A DNA stretch of 64,000 nt, taken from NCBI RefSeq assembly GCF_003463065.1, contig NZ_QSCM01000012.1, forward strand, positions 3,954 through 67,953, read 5' to 3'. The notes beneath the pieces are model-generated. The model had not been told where the DNA came from, made no database searches, and saw nothing but the letters and a program-made list of their open reading frames with translations. This document shows, piece by piece, positions 29,332 through 39,034 of this stretch. The DNA is from Blautia sp. OF03-15BH (GTDB lineage: Bacteria > Bacillota > Clostridia > Lachnospirales > Lachnospiraceae). Both the position numbers and the translations under genes were made by a program. Positions within the stretch are counted from its first letter, which is position 1, and each line of letters begins with the position of its first letter.

Positions 29332-30219
29332 CTAAAAATCCCGTCCGCCGCCACCAAAATTTCCGCCGCCGGAAGAATCATGCGTAGTCGTCATGCCGGA
29401 ATCGCTGCTGCTGCTCTCGCGCTCGATCCGCCGATGTGTCACATGGGAACCGATAAAGTCATCCCTACTGCGACGAACTTTTAAACCTGCTTTATCTTTG
29501 TAAGGATATTCGTACGTTCCCCATTTCAGGTGATAGGTACCGATCACCGTACTTACCGCCACACCACCTGCAGCAAGGGCGATCCCCAGGGCAATGAGGA
29601 ACTCTACAGGAGTGATCCGGCGGCTTTCTTCTTCCTCCGTATCAAAGTAAGTATATTCTCCGGTATCCTCATTGTAATTGAATTTTCCGCTGGCCACGCC
29701 GTCTTCAATGAAATCGGCTGTGGCATTCAGCATACCTTCGAAGGCCTCCGCATACGCTCCGTCTTTCACATTTTCGTATCCGGCATCAATGATCTCCTCC
29801 ACACGCGCATCCGTGATGTAAAGATCCTTCATGTCTCCCGCAGTCTCTACCTGAACCCGGCGGTTATCCATATCGATAAGATAGATGACTCCGCCATCTT
29901 TTCCATCATCATAGAAACCGTTGTCCATGTAGAAATCATCTGCATAGGCTTGTGCCTCTTTTCCCTCCGCATCATCTGTGGTGAGAATGACGAAGTTCAT
30001 ATGGAAGGTTCCTGCCAGATCATTGGCTTTCTCATTCAGCTCCTCTTCTTCCGCATCGGTAAGAAGATCCGCCTTGTCAAATACGAACTGTTCCGTTTCC
30101 ATCAGGGTCTCTGACTCACTTTCGGAGGCCATGGCCGGAAGCTTAAGCCCCGGTGCCGCAGTGAGAAGAAGACCGGAAAGCAGAAGCGGGGTCAGAAATA
30201 ATCGATCTTTTTTTCTCAT
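29332..30219 (-). CDS. TPM domain protein (YgcG/YdjH-like) with signal peptide, C-terminal TM and Gly-rich tail
   Basis: 295 aa; TPM-like core (DLLTDAEEEELNEKANDLAGTF...), C-terminal SSGGGNFGGGG tail; ATGA-coupled to the upstream gene. Confidence 0.65.
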   Translation of the reverse strand: MRKKDRLFLTPLLLSGLLLTAAPGLKLPAMASESESETLMETEQFVFDKADLLTDAEEEELNEKANDLAGTFHMNFVILTTDDAEGKEAQAYADDFYMDNGFYDDGKDGGVIYLIDMDNRRVQVETAGDMKDLYITDARVEEIIDAGYENVKDGAYAEAFEGMLNATADFIEDGVASGKFNYNEDTGEYTYFDTEEEESRRITPVEFLIALGIALAAGGVAVSTVIGTYHLKWGTYEYPYKDKAGLKVRRSRDDFIGSHVTHRRIERESSSSDSGMTTTHDSSGGGNFGGGGRDF

Positions 30220-31334
30220 ATGAAATACCCTCCCAGAAGTCCCAGAAGAAATACGGGGATCGTTACCGACAGGAAGAGTCTGAAAAGCTTTCCCCGATCC
30301 AGAGGCAGTTTTCCGACCACCTTGCCGGACTGTCCGTTCATCGTATAGTAATACATTTTTCCGTCTTTTCCTTTGTAAGTCACGGTCCAGACCGGAAGAA
30401 GAGCATAATGTTCCTCCGTCTCCCTGATCATGCAGTCACATTTCTTTGTAGTGACTGAATCGTAGCCCTTGACGCTCTCCCGGAGAAGCTTTTTCCCGTA
30501 TTTGTTCACATCATCCGTAAGCTCTCCCTGAAATTCAGAGGCCTCCATATCTCTTCGCTCTGCCTGGAAGCCGGAGAGATAGCCCATATGAAAAGGCTTT
30601 GCCTCGGCCAGTTTGTAGGGCCAGACGCCCTCCACCAGAGTCTTGTTAGCCTTTTTCAGAGCATTTTTGCTGAGCTCCTCGAAGGTCAGATCGCCCTCCC
30701 GCTCCACATGGTATTCCTCGGTCTCCGTGTACTCGTCGTCCCCGCTGGTCCAGGTATGGATGTTCTCACCCTTGGCCTCGTAAACGCCGTCCGCCTTCAC
30801 ATGGAAAAGCCATGACGGGAAGTAAACGCCGGAAAGCTTTTCGATCTGTTTTTTTTCAAAAAAAGCATTCGGTACAAATTTCTTGCTATGTACAAAATCC
30901 AGAAAGCTCTGTTCCGCTTTTTTCCGGTCGATGGCAAAGGGAACGACCAGATCCGGCAGAAATTCCCCGCTGACGCGGCCGGAAAGTACCACCGGATTGT
31001 GACAATAATAGCAGAAGGTCGCTGCTGTGGTAGGATCCGTCACGATCTCCGCTCCGCAGCTGGGACAGGTATACAGGACAGCTTCTCCCTCTGTTCCAGC
31101 TGCATCGGAAGTCTTCCGGCTTCTGTCACCGGCTGCATGCGGACTGTCTGCCGCCTGTTTTTCAGCCGTTGCACTTCCGGCATCCTCACCGGCGTTCTTT
31201 GTTTCCGGATTGGCTGCTTCCAGTTCTTCCTCGGTAAAATAAGAAAAACAGTACTCACATTTGTATTTCTGTGTCTGCGGATCAAAGGTCAGTTCTCCTC
31301 CGCAGTTTGGACATTTATAGCTGACTACAGACAT
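30216..31334 (-). CDS. Zinc-ribbon protein (two N-terminal CxxC...CxxC ribbons) with C-terminal TM anchor; YdjG-like
   Basis: Start ATG 31334 (AGGAGA RBS); KCPNCGGEL and TCPSCGAEI ribbons; C-terminal hydrophobic helix. Confidence 0.55.
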   Translation of the reverse strand: MSVVSYKCPNCGGELTFDPQTQKYKCEYCFSYFTEEELEAANPETKNAGEDAGSATAEKQAADSPHAAGDRSRKTSDAAGTEGEAVLYTCPSCGAEIVTDPTTAATFCYYCHNPVVLSGRVSGEFLPDLVVPFAIDRKKAEQSFLDFVHSKKFVPNAFFEKKQIEKLSGVYFPSWLFHVKADGVYEAKGENIHTWTSGDDEYTETEEYHVEREGDLTFEELSKNALKKANKTLVEGVWPYKLAEAKPFHMGYLSGFQAERRDMEASEFQGELTDDVNKYGKKLLRESVKGYDSVTTKKCDCMIRETEEHYALLPVWTVTYKGKDGKMYYYTMNGQSGKVVGKLPLDRGKLFRLFLSVTIPVFLLGLLGGYFI

Positions 31335-31346
31335 AAACACTCTCCT

Positions 31347-32654
31347 TTACGGACGGGGATTTCCACAGTTCGGGCAGAATTTTCCGGTGTTGACTGTACC
31401 GCAGGAGCAGGTCCAGGTGGCCGGAGCCGGACGGCGTCCTCCGCAGTTCGGACAGAAATTTCCGGTATTGACCGTACCACAGGAGCAGCTCCAGGCATCG
31501 CCGGAAGGCTGCTGCACGCCCTGAGGCTGACCATACTGCTGGTTCGGCTGCTGACCATACTGACCCTGAGGCGGCATCTGCTGCTGATACTGGGGCTGCT
31601 GACCATGCTGCTGATTATACTGGGGCTGTTGCTGGTTCATCTGCTGCTGATACTGTGCCTGCTGGTTCATCTGCTGCATATTGGTATTGCTGGCTGCACT
31701 CATGAAACCGCCGGCTCCCTGCATGCCCATGCCCATTCCCATATAGCCTGCCATCGCTCCGTTTGCATTGGAACCGGCTGCTTCCAGTCCTTTTGCGATG
31801 GAGCTCTGTACAAAGCCCTCACGGATGGTGGGATCTCCCATCATAGCGCCCTGGTTTCTCATATTGATAAGCTTCTGAGATTCCTCATCATAGGAAACAC
31901 TGGCAATGCCGACAGACTGGATCTCGATACCACGGGCTTTCTTCCAGTCTTCATCCAGAACCTGCGCCATATATTTGGAAAGCTCTCTTGTCTTACTGGT
32001 CACATGAGAAATACGGATGCCGTCTACGGACATCTGGCTGATGGCACTCTGAAGCGCCTCCAGAAACTCATCCAGGAACTGCTGATTGATATCTTCCACT
32101 TCCAGATGAGAAGCATTTCTCGGAACCACCTCCGTATAGAAACGGATGGGATCTGTGATCTTAATGGAATAGCTTCCGTGCGTTCTGAGGAAAAGCTCGG
32201 AATTGTAGAAATTATCGAAATAGTTTACCGGATTTCTCGTACCGAAACGGATGCCTCTGATCTCCTGAAGGTTCAGGAAATAGACTTTCATGGAAACCGG
32301 TTTTCCGCCTCCGAATTTAAAACGGTTAAAAGAATCCTTCAGAACATCTCCCACCAGATCTCCGTTAAAAAGTGAAGGAGCAGAAGCATTGTCTACCGTA
32401 TAGTAGCCAGGCTCTGCGGAATAATCGATGATCTTTCCACCGTCCGTCAGGATCATGAACTGATTGTCATAGACATGAATCACAGAACCGTTGGAGATCA
32501 CATCACTGTTTCCTCTCCGGTTGGAACCCTGTCTTACGATATTTCCCTCTGTAAAGAGCGTCTGCTCCCCCATATCACCGGCTTCTACAACGTCAAGCCA
32601 CTGATCTGACAATGTTCCCCTTGCAGTGTCCACTGCTGCTCTGATAATACCCAT
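31347..32654 (-). CDS. SPFH/band-7 domain protein (YdjI-like) with Q/N-rich low-complexity region and two C-terminal zinc ribbons
   Basis: 435 aa; N-terminal SPFH-like domain; QQMNQQAQYQQQ... tract; tandem WSCSCGTVNTGNFCPNCG units; AGGAGG RBS. Confidence 0.7.
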   Translation of the reverse strand: MGIIRAAVDTARGTLSDQWLDVVEAGDMGEQTLFTEGNIVRQGSNRRGNSDVISNGSVIHVYDNQFMILTDGGKIIDYSAEPGYYTVDNASAPSLFNGDLVGDVLKDSFNRFKFGGGKPVSMKVYFLNLQEIRGIRFGTRNPVNYFDNFYNSELFLRTHGSYSIKITDPIRFYTEVVPRNASHLEVEDINQQFLDEFLEALQSAISQMSVDGIRISHVTSKTRELSKYMAQVLDEDWKKARGIEIQSVGIASVSYDEESQKLINMRNQGAMMGDPTIREGFVQSSIAKGLEAAGSNANGAMAGYMGMGMGMQGAGGFMSAASNTNMQQMNQQAQYQQQMNQQQPQYNQQHGQQPQYQQQMPPQGQYGQQPNQQYGQPQGVQQPSGDAWSCSCGTVNTGNFCPNCGGRRPAPATWTCSCGTVNTGKFCPNCGNPRP

Positions 32655-32826
32655 AATCGCTTCCTCCTTTTAAATAAATCTCAGATGACGAAGGTCTTTT
32701 GCCCCCCAACTGATGCCTACGAATTGCTCCGCTGCAAAGCAACTCCCGCAATTCTATAAACATTCGAAATCCGCTGATTTACTACGTAAATCGCTACTTT
32801 CTCATGTTTGGCGGGTCCCAAGTTCA

Positions 32827-32859
32827 AAAGCCTTATCATGCAAGCATGAACGGCTTTTT
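32827..32859. terminator. A-run/hairpin/T-run element downstream of prfB containing 14-mer TCATGCAAGCATGA
   Basis: AAAAGCC-TTATCATGCAAGCATGAAC-GGCTTTTT. Confidence 0.45.
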
Positions 32860-32877
32860 GACCTTTTGACCCTGGCA

Positions 32878-34017
32878 TCATTCTATATCTGTACCGGTAT
32901 CTCCGGCGGACTCACCAAGCGTGATCCACTTCAGATATGCATTGATAAACAGATCGATATTTCCGTCCAGAACACTGTCCACATTTCCTGTCTCTGCACC
33001 TGTACGATGGTCTTTTACCATCGTATAAGGCTGAAGGACATAGGAACGGATCTGGTTGCCCCAGCCGATCTCCTTGACCTCACCGCGGATACCGGAAACC
33101 TTCTCTGCATTCTCCTGCTGTTTGAGAAGATACAGCTTTGCTTTCAGCATCTGCATGGCTTTGTCTTTATTCTGGAACTGGGAACGCTCATTCTGACACT
33201 GTACCACGATACCGGTCGGTATATGTGTGATACGGATCGCGGAAGACGTTTTATTGATGTGCTGTCCGCCGGCTCCGCTGGAACGGTAGGTATCCACACG
33301 GATATCCTCATCTCTGATCTCCACATCCAGATCTTCTTCAATATCCGGCATGACATCACAGGATACAAAGGAGGTCTGCCGCTTTCCTGCCGCATTGAAG
33401 GGAGAAATACGTACCAGACGATGCACTCCTTTTTCTGATTTCAGATAACCGAAGGCATTCTCACCGTTTACCTGGAAGGTGACGGATTTAACGCCTGCCT
33501 CATCGCCGTCCAGATAATCCAGGACTTCCATAGCAAAGCCCTTCTTATCCACCCAGCGGCTGTACATCCGGTAAAGCATACCGCACCAGTCGCAGGACTC
33601 GGTTCCGCCGGCTCCGGCGTGCAATGTGACAATGGCAGCGTTGTTGTCGTATTCTCCGGAAAGCAGCGTCTTCATACGGATATTTTCATATTCCGTGATG
33701 AATTCATCCATATTTGCCTGAATATCCGGCAGGACAGCCGGATCGTTTTCCTCATAACCCATCTCGATCAGAAGCTCGATCTCTTCAAAAAGCTCTGTCA
33801 GATGATGGTAGATCGCGATATCATCTTTCAGGCTTTTCAGCGTCTTCATGCTTTCCTGGGATTTCTCCGGATTATCCCAGAAGTCCGGCTCTTCCATTTT
33901 TCTCTCAAGCTCCTGGACTCTCTGCTCTTTGTTTACCAGATCCAGAGAATCCTTGATCTCCTCCAGGGGCTGTTTGTATGTGCCCAGAGTATATTTAAAC
34001 TGGTCTAATTCAACCAT
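32878..34017 (-). CDS. prfB: Peptide chain release factor 2
   Basis: SPF tripeptide motif and GGQ motif (GAGGQHINKTSSAIR); continuous ORF without the programmed +1 frameshift; ATG 34017 with AGAGGTGG RBS. Confidence 0.9.
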   Translation of the reverse strand: MVELDQFKYTLGTYKQPLEEIKDSLDLVNKEQRVQELERKMEEPDFWDNPEKSQESMKTLKSLKDDIAIYHHLTELFEEIELLIEMGYEENDPAVLPDIQANMDEFITEYENIRMKTLLSGEYDNNAAIVTLHAGAGGTESCDWCGMLYRMYSRWVDKKGFAMEVLDYLDGDEAGVKSVTFQVNGENAFGYLKSEKGVHRLVRISPFNAAGKRQTSFVSCDVMPDIEEDLDVEIRDEDIRVDTYRSSGAGGQHINKTSSAIRITHIPTGIVVQCQNERSQFQNKDKAMQMLKAKLYLLKQQENAEKVSGIRGEVKEIGWGNQIRSYVLQPYTMVKDHRTGAETGNVDSVLDGNIDLFINAYLKWITLGESAGDTGTDIE

Positions 34018-34130
34018 AGGTTCCACCTCTTTCTATTTTTAGCACCTTGAAACGATAACGTCCAAAATGCCCGGCGAATTCTATCATCCGCCGGGCAGAA
34101 TCTTACGCGGGCTGCCGCGTGATCATCTCC

Positions 34131-36692
34131 TTATGCGCGTCTGCCGCAGCACTGTTTATATTTTTTACCACTTCCGCAGGGGCAGGGATCGTTGGGATAT
34201 ACCTTCTCTTCCATGCGCTTCTTGGGCTCTCTCGGGCCGGATTCATCTTTGTTGGTTCCGGTCACCTTGGCAACCTCTTCACGTTCTGCCTTCTGCTCCA
34301 CACGAACGTGATAGAGAAGACGGAGGGTATCTTCCTGAATGGAAGCTGTCATGGCATTGAACATCTCGTAGGCACTCATCTTATACTCTACAAGGGGATC
34401 CTTCTGGCCATAAGCCTGAAGGCCGATGCCCTGACGCAGCTGCTCCATATCATCAATGTGATCCATCCACTTCCGGTCTACGACCTTCAGTACGATGACA
34501 CGCTCCAGCTCACGAAGCTGTTCCGCCTCCGGGAACTCTGCCTCTTTGGATTCATAAAGCTTGGTCGCCTGCTCTTTTAAGAGCTGTTTCAGCTGATTTT
34601 TCTTCAGGTGCTCCGGAAGCTCCACTTTCGGAAGGGGGATCACCGGAAGAAGCAGGGTGTCAAGCTCGGTAAGGTTCCAGTCCTCACGGTCCTGCTCATC
34701 GGAAATACACATATCTACGGTATTATCCACGAAATCAGCGATCATCTTGTAAACGGAATCACGCATGTTCTCTCCGTCCAGAACACGGCGGCGCTCTTTA
34801 TAGATAATCTCACGCTGCTCGTTATTGACCTGGTCATACTCGAGAAGGTTTTTACGGATACCGTAGTTGTTGCTCTCGATCTTCTTCTGCGCTTTCTCAA
34901 TGGCGCTGGAAAGCATCTTGTGCTCGATCTGCTCATTCTCTGCCACGCCCAGCTTCCGGAAAGTGTTCATCAGACTTTCGGAACCGAAGAGACGCATCAG
35001 ATCATCCTCCAGAGAAATATAGAAACGGGATTCTCCCGGGTCTCCCTGACGTCCGGAACGACCACGCAGCTGGTTATCGATACGGCGGGACTCATGACGC
35101 TCCGTACCGATGATCTTCAGACCGCCGGCCTCTTTTGCCTTGTCATCCAGCTTGATATCGGTACCACGGCCTGCCATGTTGGTGGCGATGGTAACGGCTC
35201 CGTGAATACCGGCATCTTTGACAATCTCAGCCTCCAGCTCATGGAACTTCGCATTCAGGACATTATGCTTGATGCCCTGTTTCTTCAGCATACTGCTTAA
35301 AAGCTCAGAGGTTTCGATGGTAATGGTGCCGACCAGGACCGGCTGCTCTTTCTCATGAGCGGCCTTGATCTCTTCAACCACTGCACGGAATTTCTCTTTT
35401 TTCGTCATGTAAACGGCATCGTCCAGATCTTTACGGATCACCGGACGGTTGGTGGGGATCTCCACAACGTCCATGCCGTAGATCTCACGGAACTCTTTTT
35501 CCTCGGTAAGAGCGGTACCGGTCATACCGGATTTCTTCGCATATTTATTGAAGAAGTTCTGGAAGGTGATGGTAGCCAGTGTCTTACTCTCTCTCTTAAC
35601 TTTTACATGCTCCTTTGCCTCGATGGCCTGATGGAGTCCGTCGGAGTAACGGCGCCCCGGCATGATACGGCCGGTAAACTCATCAACGATGAGAACCTCG
35701 TCGTCTTTTACCACATAGTCGCGGTCACGGAACATGAGGTTGTGTGCTCTTAAGGCAAGAATGATGTTGTGCTGGATCTCCAGATTCTCCGGATCTGCCA
35801 GGTTTTCAATATGGAAGAAATTCTCCACCTTGTGAACGCCCTGTTCCGTCAGGTTTACAACCTTGTCTTTTTCATTTACGATGAAATCGCCGGTCTCGGT
35901 GATCTCCTCACCCATGATAGCTGTCATCTTGGTCACTTCGCCGCTGGCCTCGCCTCGCTCCAGCTGTCTTGCGAGGATATCGCAGACCTCATAAAGCTTG
36001 GTGGATTTGCCGCTCTGACCGGAAATGATCAGCGGGGTCCGGGCTTCATCGATCAGGACAGAGTCCACCTCGTCGATGATGGCGTAGTGAAGCTCTCTCT
36101 GTACCAGCTGCTCTTTATAGATCACCATATTGTCACGAAGGTAGTCGAAACCGTCCTCGTTGTTGGTTACATAAGTGATATCACAGGCATACTGGGCACG
36201 ACGCTCGTCATTGTCCATGGAGTTCAGGATACAGCCGCAGGTCAGTCCCAGGAAGCGGTGGACCTGTCCCATCTCCTCGGCATCACGGTGTGCCAGGTAA
36301 TCGTTGACGGTGATGATATGAACACCTTTTCCCTCCAGGGCGTTTAAGTAAGCCGGAAGGGTCGCTACCAGAGTCTTACCTTCACCGGTCTTCATCTCGG
36401 CGATACGTCCCTGATGAAGGATGATACCTCCGATCAGCTGTACGCGGTAGGGCTCCATGCCAAGTACACGTTTATCTGCCTCACGGACAACGGCAAAGGC
36501 TTCCGGAAGCAGGTCATCCAGGGTCTCTCCTTTGGAAAGACGCTCTTTAAACTCTGTGGTTTTATTTCGCAGGTCTTCGTCAGAAAGTGCCTGCATCGTC
36601 GGTCTTAAAGCTTCGATCTGATCCACAAGCGGTTTGATTCTCTTCACCTCGCGCTCACTGTGGGTACCGAAGACCTTTTGAAACATACTCAT
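34131..36692 (-). CDS. secA: Preprotein translocase ATPase SecA
   Basis: 853 aa; C-terminal [14 protein letters not shown] zinc-binding tail. Confidence 0.95.
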   Translation of the reverse strand: MSMFQKVFGTHSEREVKRIKPLVDQIEALRPTMQALSDEDLRNKTTEFKERLSKGETLDDLLPEAFAVVREADKRVLGMEPYRVQLIGGIILHQGRIAEMKTGEGKTLVATLPAYLNALEGKGVHIITVNDYLAHRDAEEMGQVHRFLGLTCGCILNSMDNDERRAQYACDITYVTNNEDGFDYLRDNMVIYKEQLVQRELHYAIIDEVDSVLIDEARTPLIISGQSGKSTKLYEVCDILARQLERGEASGEVTKMTAIMGEEITETGDFIVNEKDKVVNLTEQGVHKVENFFHIENLADPENLEIQHNIILALRAHNLMFRDRDYVVKDDEVLIVDEFTGRIMPGRRYSDGLHQAIEAKEHVKVKRESKTLATITFQNFFNKYAKKSGMTGTALTEEKEFREIYGMDVVEIPTNRPVIRKDLDDAVYMTKKEKFRAVVEEIKAAHEKEQPVLVGTITIETSELLSSMLKKQGIKHNVLNAKFHELEAEIVKDAGIHGAVTIATNMAGRGTDIKLDDKAKEAGGLKIIGTERHESRRIDNQLRGRSGRQGDPGESRFYISLEDDLMRLFGSESLMNTFRKLGVAENEQIEHKMLSSAIEKAQKKIESNNYGIRKNLLEYDQVNNEQREIIYKERRRVLDGENMRDSVYKMIADFVDNTVDMCISDEQDREDWNLTELDTLLLPVIPLPKVELPEHLKKNQLKQLLKEQATKLYESKEAEFPEAEQLRELERVIVLKVVDRKWMDHIDDMEQLRQGIGLQAYGQKDPLVEYKMSAYEMFNAMTASIQEDTLRLLYHVRVEQKAEREEVAKVTGTNKDESGPREPKKRMEEKVYPNDPCPCGSGKKYKQCCGRRA

Positions 36693-36823
36693 GCTGATAA
36701 TCTCCTAAAATTTATATTTCGTCCTTTTCATAAACACTTCTATTTTAGCACTTTCTGTCAGGTTTCACAATAAATTTTTTCTGAACATCCTGTAAACGGG
36801 ATAAATGACTCTGTTCACAAATG

Positions 36824-36884
36824 AAAAACAGCTTTTTTCTCTGGATTCTCTTCCGAAAACCTGATGAAAAAAGCTGTCTTTTGT
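36824..36884. terminator. Terminator hairpin after feoA / before the secA promoter
   Basis: ACAGCTTTTTTC...GAAAAAAGCTGT 12-bp stem; TTGTGA-N17-TAAAAT promoter follows. Confidence 0.5.
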
Positions 36885-36888
36885 TTCT

Positions 36889-37101
36889 TCATACTTTGAT
36901 CCTTCTGGCTGCATCGTCACTGATAAGGATCCTTCTGTTTTTCACGCCGACGATAACGCCTCCGAAAATCCGGCTGATCACATGGACGTCTTCTCCTTCG
37001 CTGACCTTGCAGCTTCGGATATAGTCCATCGTCTCCGGCATACCGGTCATCCATTTAACGGTATAATCTTCTCCGGCCTTTGTTTCATTGAGGGATAACA
37101 T
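36889..37101 (-). CDS. feoA: FeoA domain protein (standalone)
   Basis: 70 aa SH3-like FeoA pattern; no feoB in the window. Confidence 0.7.
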   Translation of the reverse strand: MLSLNETKAGEDYTVKWMTGMPETMDYIRSCKVSEGEDVHVISRIFGGVIVGVKNRRILISDDAARRIKV

Positions 37102-37224
37102 GCTTGCATCTTTCCTTTCGTTGTTTTGTCTGAAAATTTAGTTAGTCTTATCTATTATACTGTTCTTTTCATTATTTTCTTCTTTTTGTTCTATTTTATT
37201 CCTGTTATCCCGCATTAGTCAATC

Positions 37225-37348
37225 GTAACAATTTTTCCATATTCAGCGGCAGGCAGGTTTAAAAAAAGTGCTCGTCATACTTGTATGAACGAACACTTTT
37301 TCATAAAAATCTATCTGTTAGCTACACCATACTGCTCTGAACAGTTAC
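37225..37348. repeat. Degenerate or partial copy of the 144-bp MITE (shares right TIR CTCTGAACAGTTAC and an internal block)
   Basis: TGAACGAACACTTTTTCATAAAAATCTAT...GCTCTGAACAGTTAC aligns to the MITE copies at 47410 and 53943. Confidence 0.45.
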
Positions 37349-37382
37349 TGTAAAGTTCCAGACTCCTGTGCAGTTCTGCTGA

Positions 37383-37910
37383 TCAGCACTCCGGCTCGAT
37401 CAGTCCGTAGGTATTGCCTTTTCTCTTATAAACCACGCAGACCTCATCGTTCTCTGCATTGCGGAATACGAAGAAGTTATGTCCAAGAAGCTCCATCTGT
37501 ACACAGGCATCTTCCGGATACATGGGTTTGATCCCGAAATGTTTGGTACGGATGATCTTGATCTCTTCGTCATCCTCTACTTCTTTCTCAATGAACTCCT
37601 TACGGAGGTTTCCGCCGTCCTGATGTCTCTCCACGATCTTGTTTTTATATTTGCGAAGCTGACGTTCGATGACTTCCTCTACCAGGTCGATGGATACATA
37701 CATGTCGTTGCTGACCTGTTCGGAACGGATGATGTTGCCCTTCACCGGGATCGTCACCTCGATCTTCTGTCTTTCCTTTTCTACACTCATGGTTACAATG
37801 ATTTCAGTCTCAGGAGTGAAATATCTTTCCAATTTTCCAAGCTTGTCTGTCACGGCACTGCGAAGACCGTCTGTTACCTCGATGTTTTTTCCACTAATTG
37901 TAAAACGCAT
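37383..37910 (-). CDS. hpf: Ribosome hibernation promoting factor (long HPF)
   Basis: ORF trimmed to MRFTISGKNIEVTDGLR (AAGGAG RBS); 175 aa. Confidence 0.85.
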   Translation of the reverse strand: MRFTISGKNIEVTDGLRSAVTDKLGKLERYFTPETEIIVTMSVEKERQKIEVTIPVKGNIIRSEQVSNDMYVSIDLVEEVIERQLRKYKNKIVERHQDGGNLRKEFIEKEVEDDEEIKIIRTKHFGIKPMYPEDACVQMELLGHNFFVFRNAENDEVCVVYKRKGNTYGLIEPEC

Positions 37911-38090
37911 AAGCTCAACTCCTTTGTCGATAAAATTCACATCCGGGAGTTTTGAAAAACGTCCCCGGCTGTATGAGCACATTATAGCATATGCGAATAC
38001 ACATTACAAGAAAATATACAAAAATTTTCTATTTTTTATAAAGTTTTCGTATCTTTGTCACAACAATTCAAAGATACCAGGGTGAAAAGT

Positions 38091-38882
38091 TCATGCTTGC
38101 ATCATTCCGTCCGCACAGACCTTCTGTACTTTTTCAAATCCCATGCTGCCGCCAAAGAGGTCCAGGGCACTTCCGATGGTCACATCCAGACGGTTCCGCC
38201 CCAGTTCTTTTAAACTCCGCAGATCTTCGAAGTTTCCCACACCACCGGCGTAAGTAACGGGAATTTTTCCCCAGTCTCCCAGCATTTTCGCCAGGTCCTT
38301 TTCAATACCGGAAGCTTTCCCTTCCACATCTACCGCATGGATCAGAAATTCTGCACAGCTTCCAGAAAGTTCATCCAATATCTCCGGCGTCAGCTTTACC
38401 TCTGTAAATTTCTGCCAGCGGTCCGTGACGATATAGTAAGCATCTTCTTTTTTCCTGCAGCTTAAATCCAGTACCAGGTGCTCTTTTCCTACTGCATGCA
38501 CCAGCCGCTCCAGATTTTCTTCCTTCAGACGGCCATCCTTGAATACAAAGCTGGTAACGATGACATGAGAAGCTCCGGCTTTTAAGAAAGCTTCCGCATT
38601 TTTGTCATGGATACCGCCGCCGATCTGAAGACCGCCCGGCCAGACTGCCAGTGCTTTCATGGCCTGTGCTTTCGTGGCTTTATAATAAGGAGAGGATTCG
38701 GGGTTTAAAAGGATCACATGACCTCCGGACAGCTTTTTCTCCTGATAAAGTGCCGCATACCAGGCTGCATCCTGCTCTGCCACAAAATTCTCTGCCGCCT
38801 GGTCTCCCTGATCCTTCAGAGAACCGCCGACGATCTGTTTGACTTTTCCGTTGTGTATATCAATGCATGGCCGAAATCTCAT
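38091..38882 (-). CDS. hisA: Eukaryotic-type HisA (His6-like 5-ProFAR isomerase)
   Basis: Start ATG 38882; MRFRPCIDIHNGKVKQIVGGSL...HVIVTSFVF...VLDLSCRKK...FLIHAVDVEG...VTYAGG closely parallels recalled yeast His6. Confidence 0.7.
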   Translation of the reverse strand: MRFRPCIDIHNGKVKQIVGGSLKDQGDQAAENFVAEQDAAWYAALYQEKKLSGGHVILLNPESSPYYKATKAQAMKALAVWPGGLQIGGGIHDKNAEAFLKAGASHVIVTSFVFKDGRLKEENLERLVHAVGKEHLVLDLSCRKKEDAYYIVTDRWQKFTEVKLTPEILDELSGSCAEFLIHAVDVEGKASGIEKDLAKMLGDWGKIPVTYAGGVGNFEDLRSLKELGRNRLDVTIGSALDLFGGSMGFEKVQKVCADGMMQA

Positions 38883-39034
38883 ATTCCTCTGCTCCTGTTC
38901 TTTTTTCGACAGTATACCGCAGTTTGATTTTATTGAAAAGAAGTTTTGAAAAACATTCATGGCAAGGTCTAAATGCGTGTCTGTCAAAATAGAATGCACT
39001 GAGAGAATCATTCCTGAAATAAGGAGGTTTCAAC

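Noticed and set aside
30888-32375. 495-aa plus-strand ORF antisense to the zinc-ribbon and SPFH genes
   Set aside because: Low-complexity antisense read-through of the Q-rich repeat region; real genes are on the minus strand with strong RBSs.
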